DNA of 63,191 nt, the filler included, from a bacterium (GTDB taxonomy: Bacteria; JAJRZV01): assembly GCA_024275095.1 (NCBI GenBank). It is 4 parts of 4 records of this genome, joined end to end, with 100 filler letters (N's around TTAATTAATTAA, not from the genome) between each part and the next. Parts side by side here need not be neighbours in the genome. Positions count along the whole stretch, not along the records: positions 1 to 23,582 come from JAJRZV010000085.1; 3 more parts are not named here. One strand, written 5' to 3'. Below, piece by piece: positions 1 through 10,087 of the stretch. A program made the translations under genes and the position numbers. Every line of letters begins with the position of its first letter. The stretch's first letter is position 1. The notes under the pieces were generated by a model. It saw only the letters and a list, made by a program, of their open reading frames with translations. It was not told the DNA's origin and ran no database searches.

Positions 1-274
1 CTACCACAGGCTTAAGCCGCTCAACGAGATCCGGAAAATCAGGGGCCATTGCCGGCGGAGGGGTTTTGCCAACAGCGCGAGCTTCTTTCCAGAACGGCCT
101 GGCTTCCTCCTGAGATTTTGCAACAGATTCTTCCTTGACAGTTGGTGCCTTTTTCTCAAGGCCAAGCGCCTTTTTCAGCGTGTCCATCACGCCCGCACGG
201 GAGTTTTGGCTCAATGTCACTGCACAAGCAAACAACACAACAACAGGCAGCAACCCAGAGACTTTCTTTTTCAT
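1..274 (-). CDS. HtrA/DegP-family periplasmic serine protease, N-terminal part (runs off window start)
   Basis: Not in the ORF track. Manual translation from ATG at 274 (RBS AAGGAGG; ATGA overlap with the DUF1844 stop) gives MKKKVSGLLPVVVLFACAVTLSQNSRAG...PDFPDLVERLKPVV: a signal peptide plus the DegP-like 'DF.DLVE...P.VV' start. Confidence 0.7.
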   Translation of the reverse strand, partial: MKKKVSGLLPVVVLFACAVTLSQNSRAGVMDTLKKALGLEKKAPTVKEESVAKSQEEARPFWKEARAVGKTPPPAMAPDFPDLVERLKPVV

Positions 275-588
275 TGTTGTCCCTCCTTATCGTTCCCCTT
301 TTCCTTCGAATATTTTTCTTCTTCCCTGGACATTTCAATAAACTTGAGTTTCAGTTCCACCACCACTTCCTCTATGATGCGCGATTCTTCTTCCGTGAGA
401 TTACCCTGTGTCTTTTCTTTAAGCATATCCAGTAAGTCAATGGTGTAACGGGCCATCTCGAGGTCTTTTTTCAAACCACCCGTGCGAGGGTCTGGCAAAA
501 TGCCAAGCTGGACCAGCGCGCTCGATGCGAGCGATGCGACGAAATTGCTTAAAGTGGGTTCCGGCATTCTCGGTTTTTTTTCGCTCAT
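271..588 (-). CDS. DUF1844 domain protein
   Basis: FVASLASSALVQLG..PDP.TG....DLEMARYTIDLLDML.EKT.GNL..EE matches the DUF1844 pattern. Confidence 0.85.
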   Translation of the reverse strand: MSEKKPRMPEPTLSNFVASLASSALVQLGILPDPRTGGLKKDLEMARYTIDLLDMLKEKTQGNLTEEESRIIEEVVVELKLKFIEMSREEEKYSKEKGNDKEGQQ

Positions 589-600
589 GGCGCCCCCTTC

Positions 601-1950
601 CTACATTTCAATGGAAATATAATATCCGAATCCTCGCCTTATTATAAGAAGCGTTACGGCTTCACGGTTAATGGAGGCAGCAATCTCCTGCGCCAGGTCA
701 CCAGGAGATGCAACCCGCCGCCCGTTGACCTCACCTATAATATCACCTGCACGTGCGCCGATGCGGCCCAGGGGGCCCGTGGGCAACACGCGCGTGATCA
801 GTGCTCCTGCGCGGGATTTTTTAACCTCAACGCCCAATTTTTTAAGGAGAAGCTCCCTGTAGCGTTTTCGAGGAAAACGCGTGGTTTTCAGCTCGAACCT
901 GAGGGGTTTGCCGTCTCTTATTACACGGAGCCTCACGCGGTCTCCTGCGGTGTAATCTCTGAGCACGGCCAGCACCTCCGAGCGGGAGTGGACAGCGTTA
1001 CCTTCTACATGTGTGATAACATCGCCCACTGCCAGCCCTGCGTTCTCTGCCGGGGAGTCTTTCCACACTTCTACAACAACAGGGACAACCCTCTGGTCTT
1101 TCGCTGTTATACCAAGAGTCTCGGCGTCTACATCCTGGATTTCAAGGCCCGTCCACGCAGGCACATAACGGCCTTCGCGTATGAGGTCATCCACTATTCG
1201 TCGGGCAATATCGGATGGAATGGCAAACCCGATACCCTCAGCTCCACGGTATATCGCAGTGTTGATACCAATAACTTCCCCCACAATGTTTAACAGGGGA
1301 CCTCCGGAGTTCCCGGGGTTGATGGATGCATCGGTCTGAATAAAATCTCTGTACACCCTGTCATCAGCACGAATGGTACGGTGCAATGCGCTGACGACTC
1401 CCACAGTAACCGTATGATCAAGCCCGAAAGGATTCCCTATGGCGATAACCGTCTCACCAATCATGAGGTCAGCAGAAGAACCAAGCGCCAGAAAAGGTAA
1501 CGGATCATCGCTTTTCACTTTGAGCACGGCCAGGTCGTGTTCAGGATCTGCTCCTATCACGCGTGCCTGGTACCGCTGGCCATTGTGAATCATAACTGCT
1601 ATTTTTGTTGAGCGCATAATCACGTGTTCGTTGGTGAGGAGATACCCATCTGCAGATATAAAAAAACCTGATCCCAGGCTCTGTTCTTTCCTGTAGCGCG
1701 GCGACGGCCCAAAAAAACGTTCAAAAAAATCACCAAAAAAAGGATCGTAGTCAAAAAACGGGTTTCTGTATCGTACAACGATTTCGCTTTTAATGCTCAC
1801 AACAGCGGGAGAGGCCTTGCGGACGACCTGAACAACAGGTGTGAAACGCTGCTTGTTCAGTGCTGAGGTTCCGGTGGATTCATCTCCCATACAGATGGAA
1901 GCCACTGAAAGAATAGCCAGCCATGCGGAAATGTAAAAAGTGTACTTCAC
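601..1950 (-). CDS. HtrA/DegQ-family serine protease with two PDZ domains
   Basis: Signal peptide, LGSGF, TNEHV (His), HDLAVL (Asp), INPGNSGGPL (Ser), two PDZ-like segments. Confidence 0.93.
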   Translation of the reverse strand: MKYTFYISAWLAILSVASICMGDESTGTSALNKQRFTPVVQVVRKASPAVVSIKSEIVVRYRNPFFDYDPFFGDFFERFFGPSPRYRKEQSLGSGFFISADGYLLTNEHVIMRSTKIAVMIHNGQRYQARVIGADPEHDLAVLKVKSDDPLPFLALGSSADLMIGETVIAIGNPFGLDHTVTVGVVSALHRTIRADDRVYRDFIQTDASINPGNSGGPLLNIVGEVIGINTAIYRGAEGIGFAIPSDIARRIVDDLIREGRYVPAWTGLEIQDVDAETLGITAKDQRVVPVVVEVWKDSPAENAGLAVGDVITHVEGNAVHSRSEVLAVLRDYTAGDRVRLRVIRDGKPLRFELKTTRFPRKRYRELLLKKLGVEVKKSRAGALITRVLPTGPLGRIGARAGDIIGEVNGRRVASPGDLAQEIAASINREAVTLLIIRRGFGYYISIEM

Positions 1951-3428
1951 TCTCCCCGGGCACTTCCTTTTTCACGGGGTTGTCCCTCCTTCTTTCCTTT
2001 CCCAGATTTTGAAGGAGGTGTACCTTTTCCGCCTGTCGAGGGTGAGGACACTTCCTCGGCATCCAGGATTTTCAACCTCTCCTTTTCAAATTTATCAAGA
2101 AAATCCTTCTTGAGAAGATAAACCTCCTGCTCTCCTTCGAGCATTCCGTATACTCCGTGAGCGGTCACCTCTCCAAGCAGAAGTCCCCTCTCCTCCAGTT
2201 CACCCTCAACCTTCACACGCACATGGATTTGTGGCTTGTCAAGGCCGTAGGGACTGAGAGAGCGTGGATTTACGTCAATATAATCCACCACCGTGATATC
2301 ACGTAACATGCGCAAGATTTCATTAACTGCATCTCGATTTTTTTCTCTTTTGCCCTTTTCGTCATACCATTTGTTGTCTTTTTTGTTTTTTACCGCGTAC
2401 GTGACACCGTATTTGTCTTCAATCATCAGGCGTTCTGCCTTCCAGGTGTAAAAGTCAAAAATCTTCTTGATACGCCAGGCGTAACGGGGCTTATCGATCT
2501 TGGCAAGTATTGAAGCATCCACGGTGACCACATTGGGTTTGTCTTCCAGCTTCACATAAACCTTTTCTTTGTTCCGTGTGCGTTTCCCGAGGAGAAGCAC
2601 GTATTGCTTCTTGTTGTTTTCAAGTCTCACTTTCACGCGAAATGCAGGAGTTGAAAGACCGTACTTCTTCACGTCCTGTGGGTTGTCATCCACAAAGTCT
2701 TTAACCCGGAGGTCTCGAAGAGCTGTGAGCACGCGGGTGATTACAGGCTTGTCCGCTCGAACGGTTTCCCTGCTCTTCTTATCCATAAGGTACCAGCCTT
2801 CATCAGTGCGCGCGAGGCGGATCGTTTCGCCACCGCGTTTTTCAATTTCCAGGTCTTCCACCTCGCTCACCAGAAAATCCAAAATCTTGCGGTTGCGATA
2901 ATCCTCTATCTTTTTCTTGAGGTTGGTCTCAACAGCAGCAGTTACCACCATTACACGATTGTCACCTTCCTTTTGAGCATATACTTTAAACCCAACGGGT
3001 GCACGTTTCCCGATGTGAATAACTGAAGGTTTCTCCTGGCCTTTGACAATAAATCGCACTGTAAAACGCGGTTTCTTCAGCCCGAAAACCTCAGGGTTCT
3101 CCGGCTTCTCAGCGACAATTTTATCCCACTTGAGCCTTTCAAAGCGGCTGACGATTCCGTTGAGCGTATAATTATCCGCGTCCGCATTAATGGGCTTTTC
3201 AATGACCCAGTTTTCCTCGGGTTTTAGCTCACGCCTGAAAACCAGTTTCTCGCCGTTTTCTCTCTCTATGATAAGTTTTTCAACATTATCGCCGTCAAAG
3301 GTGAAGACCTGTTTCTCTTTCTCTCCTGCTTTCTCTGACGCCTTTCTGGACGGTTTCTCCACCAGATAAAAGTACATGATCACCGCCGCGCAGACGAGAA
3401 GAAGAATCAACGTGTGACGAAATCTCAT
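1947..3428 (-). CDS. DUF4340 domain membrane-anchored protein
   Basis: N-terminal TM; three repeated units ending in FGL/YGL..P; follows a GldG-like gene, the usual DUF4340 context. Confidence 0.8.
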   Translation of the reverse strand: MRFRHTLILLLVCAAVIMYFYLVEKPSRKASEKAGEKEKQVFTFDGDNVEKLIIERENGEKLVFRRELKPEENWVIEKPINADADNYTLNGIVSRFERLKWDKIVAEKPENPEVFGLKKPRFTVRFIVKGQEKPSVIHIGKRAPVGFKVYAQKEGDNRVMVVTAAVETNLKKKIEDYRNRKILDFLVSEVEDLEIEKRGGETIRLARTDEGWYLMDKKSRETVRADKPVITRVLTALRDLRVKDFVDDNPQDVKKYGLSTPAFRVKVRLENNKKQYVLLLGKRTRNKEKVYVKLEDKPNVVTVDASILAKIDKPRYAWRIKKIFDFYTWKAERLMIEDKYGVTYAVKNKKDNKWYDEKGKREKNRDAVNEILRMLRDITVVDYIDVNPRSLSPYGLDKPQIHVRVKVEGELEERGLLLGEVTAHGVYGMLEGEQEVYLLKKDFLDKFEKERLKILDAEEVSSPSTGGKGTPPSKSGKGKKEGQPREKGSARGE

Positions 3429-3440
3429 GGTCCTCCCCCC

Positions 3441-5069
3441 TTACAGATACCTTTTCCTGATCCACGCAACAAGCCCCCCTGCAGCAACAAGAAGAGGCAT
3501 AACAAAGAGGGTCAGAACACTCACCGTCCTTTCACCTGTGGCTGGCAGGATAATCTGGGCGGCTTTGCGCTCCTTGGGCCTGATGGAAATGAGATCCTTC
3601 TGCTCTGCGAGCCAGTTCACCATGTTGAGGAAGAGGTCCCCGTTCGGTTGAACAACGCTTTTTCCTTCCACTTCAGACGAAAAGTAATTATCCGTTGCAA
3701 AGTCGGAATCTCCAACCACAACAATTCGTGTCTTTGTTTCTGTCGTTCCCTTGGGTGTACCAGCAGGGTTGCCTTCAGCGGCCATGGCAAGGGTGATAGG
3801 CCCTTTTCTGTCGCGTCCGGGGGTGAAATGGGGTTTGTCTTTTTGAAGCTCTTCAACAAAGTCAAAATCAGCCCACGCACTGCCACCGGTCTTCACAAGT
3901 TCAGTCACACTCACCTTCTCGGGAGTTTTGGATGTCTTAGAAAGAGAGCGGGCCAAAGGGAAAAAAGTCATGTACTGGAAGCCCTTGGTAATCTCATGAA
4001 ACCGATCGTATTGCACACCAAGGGGCGTCACCGGTCCGGACCCGATGACCTGCGAAAGCGCGTTAAGGTCCACCACGTAGGTGTCGTCTACCTGAATGCC
4101 CCATTTCTGGAGCACGCTGCCAAGGCGTGTAGGAGCATTGGGGTCCAGCATGAACATGGCTTTGCCACCTGTGTTCAGGTACTCGTCCAGAAGCTTCAGT
4201 TCGGACTCCAGCAGGGGACCCTGAGGTCCTGCGACAACGACGACATTGCAATCTTTTTTGAGGTCTTCTATTTTCTCGTACGAAGCGAGGTGGATCGTTT
4301 TCACCTTGAAGCCCTGAGCATCAAGAGCTTTCTTTGCCTCTGTCATGGAACGTCGCTGGTCCTGACCGGTGAGGTCAACCTCGCCGTGACCCGCCACGAA
4401 ACATATCTTTACCGTCCCGGCACGCGTTACTTTGATAATGCCATTGGTAAGGTTGTTTTCATTGATATCACGCACCTGAATTGTCTTGCTGCCGAAACGA
4501 ACAACCGCGATGTTGTAACTTTTCACCTTGTATTTTTCTGCAAGCGTAGGGTTTTTATCAGGGTCCACGACCCGGTACTTGAATCCCTTTGCATAATACG
4601 CGTACTCCTCCAGCAACTCCTCTACATCTCTTTTCTGAGGTGCTTCTGAATTTACAAATGCAATAACCTCAAAAGGATCTTTTTCGCCGGCCTTTTTCTT
4701 TTCCTCGATGAGCTTTTCGAGATGGTCAAGCTCTTTTAACGTACTGTCCGAGAGCGAGAAAAGTTTCTGTTCAGTAAGGTCCCATCTCAGGTAATGGCGA
4801 TAAAGGATCGCATTGAGGAAACCCACGATGAGAACCACAATGATAGCGAGCAGGAAAGCATTACCCCGGTAAATCGTGGCTGGTTGAACGAAAAAGTCCT
4901 TTACAAAACTCCGGTTGATAAAAATCCAGTATCCCAGGAGAATTAATCCAACAACCCCGGGCACCAGAGCGTACATCCACAGGTTGCTGGAAATAATATA
5001 AAGAACAAGCCCTGCAGATAAAAATATCAGACCAAGCGACAAAATGATTTTTGTAATATTTTTCATCAT
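3441..5069 (-). CDS. GldG-family ABC transporter auxiliary component
   Basis: N-terminal TMs, RWDLTEQKLFSLS, GHGE, VVAGP, RIVVVGDSDF, N.DLFLNMVNWL and a C-terminal TM. Confidence 0.88.
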   Translation of the reverse strand: MMKNITKIILSLGLIFLSAGLVLYIISSNLWMYALVPGVVGLILLGYWIFINRSFVKDFFVQPATIYRGNAFLLAIIVVLIVGFLNAILYRHYLRWDLTEQKLFSLSDSTLKELDHLEKLIEEKKKAGEKDPFEVIAFVNSEAPQKRDVEELLEEYAYYAKGFKYRVVDPDKNPTLAEKYKVKSYNIAVVRFGSKTIQVRDINENNLTNGIIKVTRAGTVKICFVAGHGEVDLTGQDQRRSMTEAKKALDAQGFKVKTIHLASYEKIEDLKKDCNVVVVAGPQGPLLESELKLLDEYLNTGGKAMFMLDPNAPTRLGSVLQKWGIQVDDTYVVDLNALSQVIGSGPVTPLGVQYDRFHEITKGFQYMTFFPLARSLSKTSKTPEKVSVTELVKTGGSAWADFDFVEELQKDKPHFTPGRDRKGPITLAMAAEGNPAGTPKGTTETKTRIVVVGDSDFATDNYFSSEVEGKSVVQPNGDLFLNMVNWLAEQKDLISIRPKERKAAQIILPATGERTVSVLTLFVMPLLVAAGGLVAWIRKRYL

Positions 5070-5072
5070 GGC

Positions 5073-5840
5073 TTACCTCCACTTCTGAGACTCGATGGCC
5101 GTGACAGTCAGAAAAAGAAGATACCCGACAAAGGAAACGAAAAACACCACATTTCGTGTGGTAATAAGACCCTTTGACATGTCCCCAAAATGCTCCATCA
5201 GGCTGATATATTTAAGAAACTCCGTGCCCTGGGTGGCAGTAGTCGCGGCCCATCCGATCACCCAGAAAATCAATAACAAACCAAAGGCAAGCACTGCAGC
5301 GATAATCTGATTCTCCGTGAGTGCAGAGGTAAATGTACCCACTGCCATAAAAGCACTGCCCAGAAGGAAAAGGCCCAGATAAATACTTATAACCGGCCCG
5401 GGTTCAGGAGAACTGTAAATGAAAAGAAACAGTGGATAAAGAAATGTGAGTGCAATCATGATGGTATACGTGGTCAACGCCGCAAAATACTTGCCGAGAA
5501 CAATCTGTGTGGTTGTCACTGGAGAAGTCAACAGCACTTCAAAAGTACCCTGCTTTTTTTCTTCTGCAAGAAGTCGCATTGTGAGAACAGGAGAAATCAA
5601 CAGGAGAATGATGGCCATGTTTGAATAAAGAGGCCGTAAAAAGTGATCCGTGAGATTTGGACCTCCACCAAGCCCCATGAAACGCTGAAACTGGAAGCGA
5701 ATAAATATTTTGAGAATGGTATTGTAGAAATACGCGGTAATCGCGAGAAAAACAGCTGTCACCACATAAGCAATGGGGGAGGTAAAATATGACTTCATCT
5801 CTTTTTTCCATATGGCAAAGACGTTTTTCACTCTCTGCAT
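5073..5840 (-). CDS. ABC-2 type permease (GldF-like)
   Basis: KKEMKSYFTSPIAY, TMRLLAEEKKQGTFEVLLTSP, IVLGKY, about 6 TMs. Confidence 0.9.
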   Translation of the reverse strand: MQRVKNVFAIWKKEMKSYFTSPIAYVVTAVFLAITAYFYNTILKIFIRFQFQRFMGLGGGPNLTDHFLRPLYSNMAIILLLISPVLTMRLLAEEKKQGTFEVLLTSPVTTTQIVLGKYFAALTTYTIMIALTFLYPLFLFIYSSPEPGPVISIYLGLFLLGSAFMAVGTFTSALTENQIIAAVLAFGLLLIFWVIGWAATTATQGTEFLKYISLMEHFGDMSKGLITTRNVVFFVSFVGYLLFLTVTAIESQKWR

Positions 5841-6766
5841 CAGTGACCTCCTTTTTCACCTGAGATAAGCCTGAGGTAGATCTCTTCCAGCGAGGGAAGG
5901 CTTGAGCGTACTTCGAGAATTCCGTACCCCTTCTCTACCAGACGCCTGATCAGTTCGGGCTGGGGTGCTGTATCAACACCCACGCTGACCACAAGTTCGC
6001 GACCTTCCGCCCTTACAGACTCCACACCTGGAACATCCTGGAAAAACGACTCGTCATCGAGTGGCCTATCGAGTAAAATCTGAACCTGCCGCCTGTCACT
6101 GAGGCGACGGGATAGTTGTTCATACGTGTCTGCTGCGATAAGCCGTCCTTCATTAATGATGAGTACGCGGTTACACGTCATGGTTACTTCAGGAAGAATG
6201 TGCGTGGAGAGAATTACCGTGTGTTCCTTGCCGAGTTCCCTGATAAGTTCACGTATTTCAACTACCTGTGCAGGGTCCAGCCCGATGGTGGGTTCGTCCA
6301 GGATAAGCACTTCAGGATCGTGTACAATGGCCTGGGCAATAGCCACACGCTGCTTGTACCCACGGGACAGGTTACCGATAAGGCGATCGTACACATCCAC
6401 CAAGCCGCACCGTTCCACCACCCGTGCGACAGATTCGCGACGCTGGGAAGAAGGAACGCCTTTAATTTCTGAAATGAAGTACAGGTAATCCCTGACGGTC
6501 ATGTCTAAATATATTGGAGGATTCTCCGGGAGGTACCCTACCAGCCGCTTCACTTCCAGTGGCTCTTTCTCCACATCATGGCCTCCTACGAAAGCTCTTC
6601 CTGCGGACGGCATGAGATAACCGGTGATAATCCGCATGGTGGTCGTCTTCCCTGCTCCATTGGGTCCCAAAAAACCCAGCACCTCTCCTTTCTGAATGGA
6701 GAAACTCACATCCTGGATGGCCGGCCTGTCGCCGTAATATTTGGTGAGCTCCTGAACCTCAATCAT
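5840..6766 (-). CDS. ABC transporter ATP-binding protein (GldA-like)
   Basis: GPNGAGKTT, LSRGYKQR, ILDEPT.GLD, STHIL, C-terminal SLEEIYL. Confidence 0.93.
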   Translation of the reverse strand: MIEVQELTKYYGDRPAIQDVSFSIQKGEVLGFLGPNGAGKTTTMRIITGYLMPSAGRAFVGGHDVEKEPLEVKRLVGYLPENPPIYLDMTVRDYLYFISEIKGVPSSQRRESVARVVERCGLVDVYDRLIGNLSRGYKQRVAIAQAIVHDPEVLILDEPTIGLDPAQVVEIRELIRELGKEHTVILSTHILPEVTMTCNRVLIINEGRLIAADTYEQLSRRLSDRRQVQILLDRPLDDESFFQDVPGVESVRAEGRELVVSVGVDTAPQPELIRRLVEKGYGILEVRSSLPSLEEIYLRLISGEKGGH

Positions 6767-6872
6767 GGGTTTTACCTCCTCTCAGTTTTCACATAAACTG
6801 CACAAATTCTCTCATACAACATGTTGTTATCAAAATCCCGGCAATGAGAAAATGTCCCCGCCCTATCTAAGG

Positions 6873-9149
6873 TTACATCACGGGGACAGGAAGAGCGGCG
6901 GCAAGGACCTCTATCGTCTCGTCCTTGGCCCGGACGACAAATTCATCCGCAACATCCCACATTTCACTGAGAGGAGCACGTATGCGCCGGGCGACCACCC
7001 GCTTGATGTAACGGGCTCCATATTGAAGGCTGTAACCTTCCTTCACAACAAGATCTATCACTGCGTCCTCTACGTGCACGCGCTTACCCTCTTGAGCCGC
7101 CGTCTCAATAACTTTACGAATTTCTGCTCGAGCGATTTCCTTTACTTCCTCTTCAGTGAGTGGGGAAAAAACGACAATTTCGTCAATTCTATTGAGGAAT
7201 TCCGGCGGGAAGAACCGTTCCGCCACCTTCAAAATGGCATTTTGCAGGTCCTGACAGGGCACCTGTGTGTTACGAAATCCCATGGGATTGGTAGCACGGG
7301 CATATTCCTGAGACCCCACGTTGGAGGTAAGAATAATCACTGCGTCTGAGAAATACACTCTTCTGCCCCGGCCATCGGTAATCCATCCTTCATCGAACAC
7401 CTGCAGAAAAAGATTTCTGACAAAAGAGTTCGCCTTCTCAAATTCGTCAAGCAATACAACACAAAATGGATTTTCCCTCACCCGGGTTGTCAGAACACCC
7501 CCCAGTTCCGACCCCACAATACCCCTGGGCATTCCAATGAGCTTATCCACGCCCAGAGATGATTCACTGTACTCTGACATATCCACGCGTATAAGGCGAT
7601 TTTCGTCTCCAAAAAGTGCCTCTGCCAGTGCCTTGGCCAGTTCTGTTTTTCCCACACCTGTCGGACCCAGAAAGAGCAACACGCCCGCCGGCCTGGTACG
7701 TTGCTCTTTAAGAGGTCCCATATTCAGTCGCACTGTGCGGACCACCGCCTCGACAGCGTGCTTCTGGCCTACAATACGCCTTCTGATCTTCTGTTCCAAA
7801 TCTGCGAAGCGTTCATTGACACGCTGCTTAACCAGCTCTAAAGGCACGTGCGTATCCTGAGACACCACTTCGTCCACGTCTGAAGGCACCACGATCCGCG
7901 GCTCACCTCGAAGTTCCGCTTTTACACAGGCTGTGTCCAGCCAGGCGATGGCCTTGGCCGGAAGGCGTGTGTTCATAGCATACCGTGTGGACAAATAAAG
8001 CAAACGTTTTATGGCTTCATCACAGATCGATACAGAATATGTCCTTTCAAATCGAGACCTCAAGCCCTCCAGTATCTGCCTTGTCTCTTCAATGCTGGGC
8101 TCCTCCACCTTTACCACCCGGAACCTGCGGGCCAGCGCCTCATCTTCTGCAATGTGCATTCGATATTCCTGAGCGGTGGTGGCTCCGATGATTTGAATTT
8201 CTCCTCGAGCCAGGGATGCTTTGAGGATGTTGGCCGCATCTGTGGGCACACCGAGAGCCGAACCAGCGCCGATAATGGTATGCGCTTCATCAATGAAAAG
8301 AATGTATCTGGGATTTTCCTTAACTTCGCGAATGAGTTTTTCCATCCTCTCTTCGAACATGCCCCGGAACATGGTGCCTGCCACGATGGCGTTCATGTGA
8401 AGCTGCACAATCTGCTTATCCCTGAGGCGTGGTGGCACATCTTCAGGAGAAAATTCAATAAGTCTCGCCAGCCCTTCCACAATGGCTGTTTTACCCACTC
8501 CAGGTTCTCCTATGAGCATCACCGAATTTGCACGCTCCCGGTGACACAGAACCTCCATAATCTGACGCAGTTCTGCATCTCTTTTGATAAGGGGAGGCAA
8601 TTTATCCAGGCGTGCCAGCATGTTCAAATTGGTTCCAAACTGCTTGAGAAAGGGGGGGAGTTCATAGTGACGCAGGATCTCCTCTTCCAGTTCCTTCTGA
8701 CGACGCCTCTGAGCGTATATTTCCTCTATAACCTCGGTGGGCGTAATGCCTCGACTGGTCACCTGCTTCATGAGCACATTGGGTCCTACCTGGAAGAAGG
8801 CAACAAAGAAATCAACCGCATCTGCCAGTTCCCTTCCGGAAAAGCGGGCGTGTTCAAGAGCTGCCTGCAGAAACCGAACCGTCTCCTGCGGAATTTTAAT
8901 GGACCGTCCTGTGTACTGTCTTGCCCGCCGGAGAAATTCGAGAACCGCGCTTTTTATAACAAAGGGGGCAAGCCCGAGAGCCCGCATTGTTTCTTCAAAC
9001 AGCGGTCCCTCCACCTCCATGAACGCCACAAAGATGTGTTCAAGCCCCAGGTAATAGTGATTGCGCCGTTTGGATTCTTCGACTGCAATGGTGAGAATCC
9101 GTTGCGCGTTTTCATCCAGTTTTTCCCTGAGACTGGTAAAGTCCAGCAT
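6873..9149 (-). CDS. ClpA/ClpC-family AAA+ ATPase (two NBDs, no M domain)
   Basis: Clp N-repeats, GEPGVGKT/FIDEAH, GPTGVGKT/LLDEFEKA, PEFLNRIDE, YGAR and an MGF (IGF-like) loop. Pore loops are non-canonical. Confidence 0.9.
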   Translation of the reverse strand: MLDFTSLREKLDENAQRILTIAVEESKRRNHYYLGLEHIFVAFMEVEGPLFEETMRALGLAPFVIKSAVLEFLRRARQYTGRSIKIPQETVRFLQAALEHARFSGRELADAVDFFVAFFQVGPNVLMKQVTSRGITPTEVIEEIYAQRRRQKELEEEILRHYELPPFLKQFGTNLNMLARLDKLPPLIKRDAELRQIMEVLCHRERANSVMLIGEPGVGKTAIVEGLARLIEFSPEDVPPRLRDKQIVQLHMNAIVAGTMFRGMFEERMEKLIREVKENPRYILFIDEAHTIIGAGSALGVPTDAANILKASLARGEIQIIGATTAQEYRMHIAEDEALARRFRVVKVEEPSIEETRQILEGLRSRFERTYSVSICDEAIKRLLYLSTRYAMNTRLPAKAIAWLDTACVKAELRGEPRIVVPSDVDEVVSQDTHVPLELVKQRVNERFADLEQKIRRRIVGQKHAVEAVVRTVRLNMGPLKEQRTRPAGVLLFLGPTGVGKTELAKALAEALFGDENRLIRVDMSEYSESSLGVDKLIGMPRGIVGSELGGVLTTRVRENPFCVVLLDEFEKANSFVRNLFLQVFDEGWITDGRGRRVYFSDAVIILTSNVGSQEYARATNPMGFRNTQVPCQDLQNAILKVAERFFPPEFLNRIDEIVVFSPLTEEEVKEIARAEIRKVIETAAQEGKRVHVEDAVIDLVVKEGYSLQYGARYIKRVVARRIRAPLSEMWDVADEFVVRAKDETIEVLAAALPVPVM

Positions 9150-9167
9150 GTTTTGGGGCTCACCTCC

Positions 9168-10031
9168 TTATAAAATCGTGGCGTAATTTTCACCCACCAG
9201 CCTCTTAATTCGTTCCTCAATGGGAGGATGAGTGCTGAACAGGGAGGACAAGGAAGACCCACCTCTGAGGGGGTTGACAATGAACATGTGGGATGTGGCA
9301 GGATTCACCTCGGCAGGGAGCCTGTGCGAGTAAGCATCCAGTTTTTTCAAGGCCCTGGCAAGACCAAATGGCGAGCCCGCAAGTTTCGCCCCCGTGGCAT
9401 CCGCCATGTACTCGCGCGACCGGGAAATGGCCATCTGGATAAGAATCGCGGCGATAGGTGCCACAATCGCCATGATCAGCAACACGATGGGATTGTTGCC
9501 TTCATTATCCCTGCCACCAAGAGCTCCGAATATCGCCAGGTATTGCAGCCATCTTGCAATCATCATCACCGCTCCTGCAATAGTCGCCGCAACCGCGCTC
9601 ACAAGAGTATCTCTATTCAAAACATGTGCCATTTCATGGGCCAGCACACCCTTGAGCTCCTCTTCGTCCACAAGGCGAAGCATTCCCTCTGTCACAGCCA
9701 CTGCTGCGTGCCCGGGACTTCGACCAGTGGCAAAGGCATTGGGCTGTTGCATGGGGACGATGTAAACTCTCGGCTTGGGAATTCCTGCCTGAGCCGCCAG
9801 CTCTTCCACAATCCGGTGAAGATAGGGAGCTTCATCGGGCGCGACCTCCCGCGCCCGGTACATGGCAAGCACAATCTTGTCAGAGAACCACCAGGCTCCG
9901 AAATTCATTACTGCGGCAAATATAAAGGCCAGAGTCATCCCGTAAGTACCACCGATAGCATTGCCGATCAGGAGTAACAGCACGGTCAGAAGGCTCAACA
10001 AAACAACTGTTTTTATCCGATTCATGGACAC
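9168..10031 (-). CDS. htpX: Zinc metalloprotease HtpX
   Basis: [35 protein letters not shown]. Confidence 0.95.
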   Translation of the reverse strand: MSMNRIKTVVLLSLLTVLLLLIGNAIGGTYGMTLAFIFAAVMNFGAWWFSDKIVLAMYRAREVAPDEAPYLHRIVEELAAQAGIPKPRVYIVPMQQPNAFATGRSPGHAAVAVTEGMLRLVDEEELKGVLAHEMAHVLNRDTLVSAVAATIAGAVMMIARWLQYLAIFGALGGRDNEGNNPIVLLIMAIVAPIAAILIQMAISRSREYMADATGAKLAGSPFGLARALKKLDAYSHRLPAEVNPATSHMFIVNPLRGGSSLSSLFSTHPPIEERIKRLVGENYATIL

Positions 10032-10087
10032 CCTCCTCTACACAAAATGTCAGGTTTTTACATCAATACGCATTTTTTGCACAAAAA

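Noticed and set aside
3414..4649. Long + strand ORF (411 aa) and similar shadows at 8154-9173, 11411-12280, 24846-25823 and 43767-44561
   Set aside because: They lie antisense to well-supported genes and show no recognisable motifs. They are typical codon-bias shadow ORFs.
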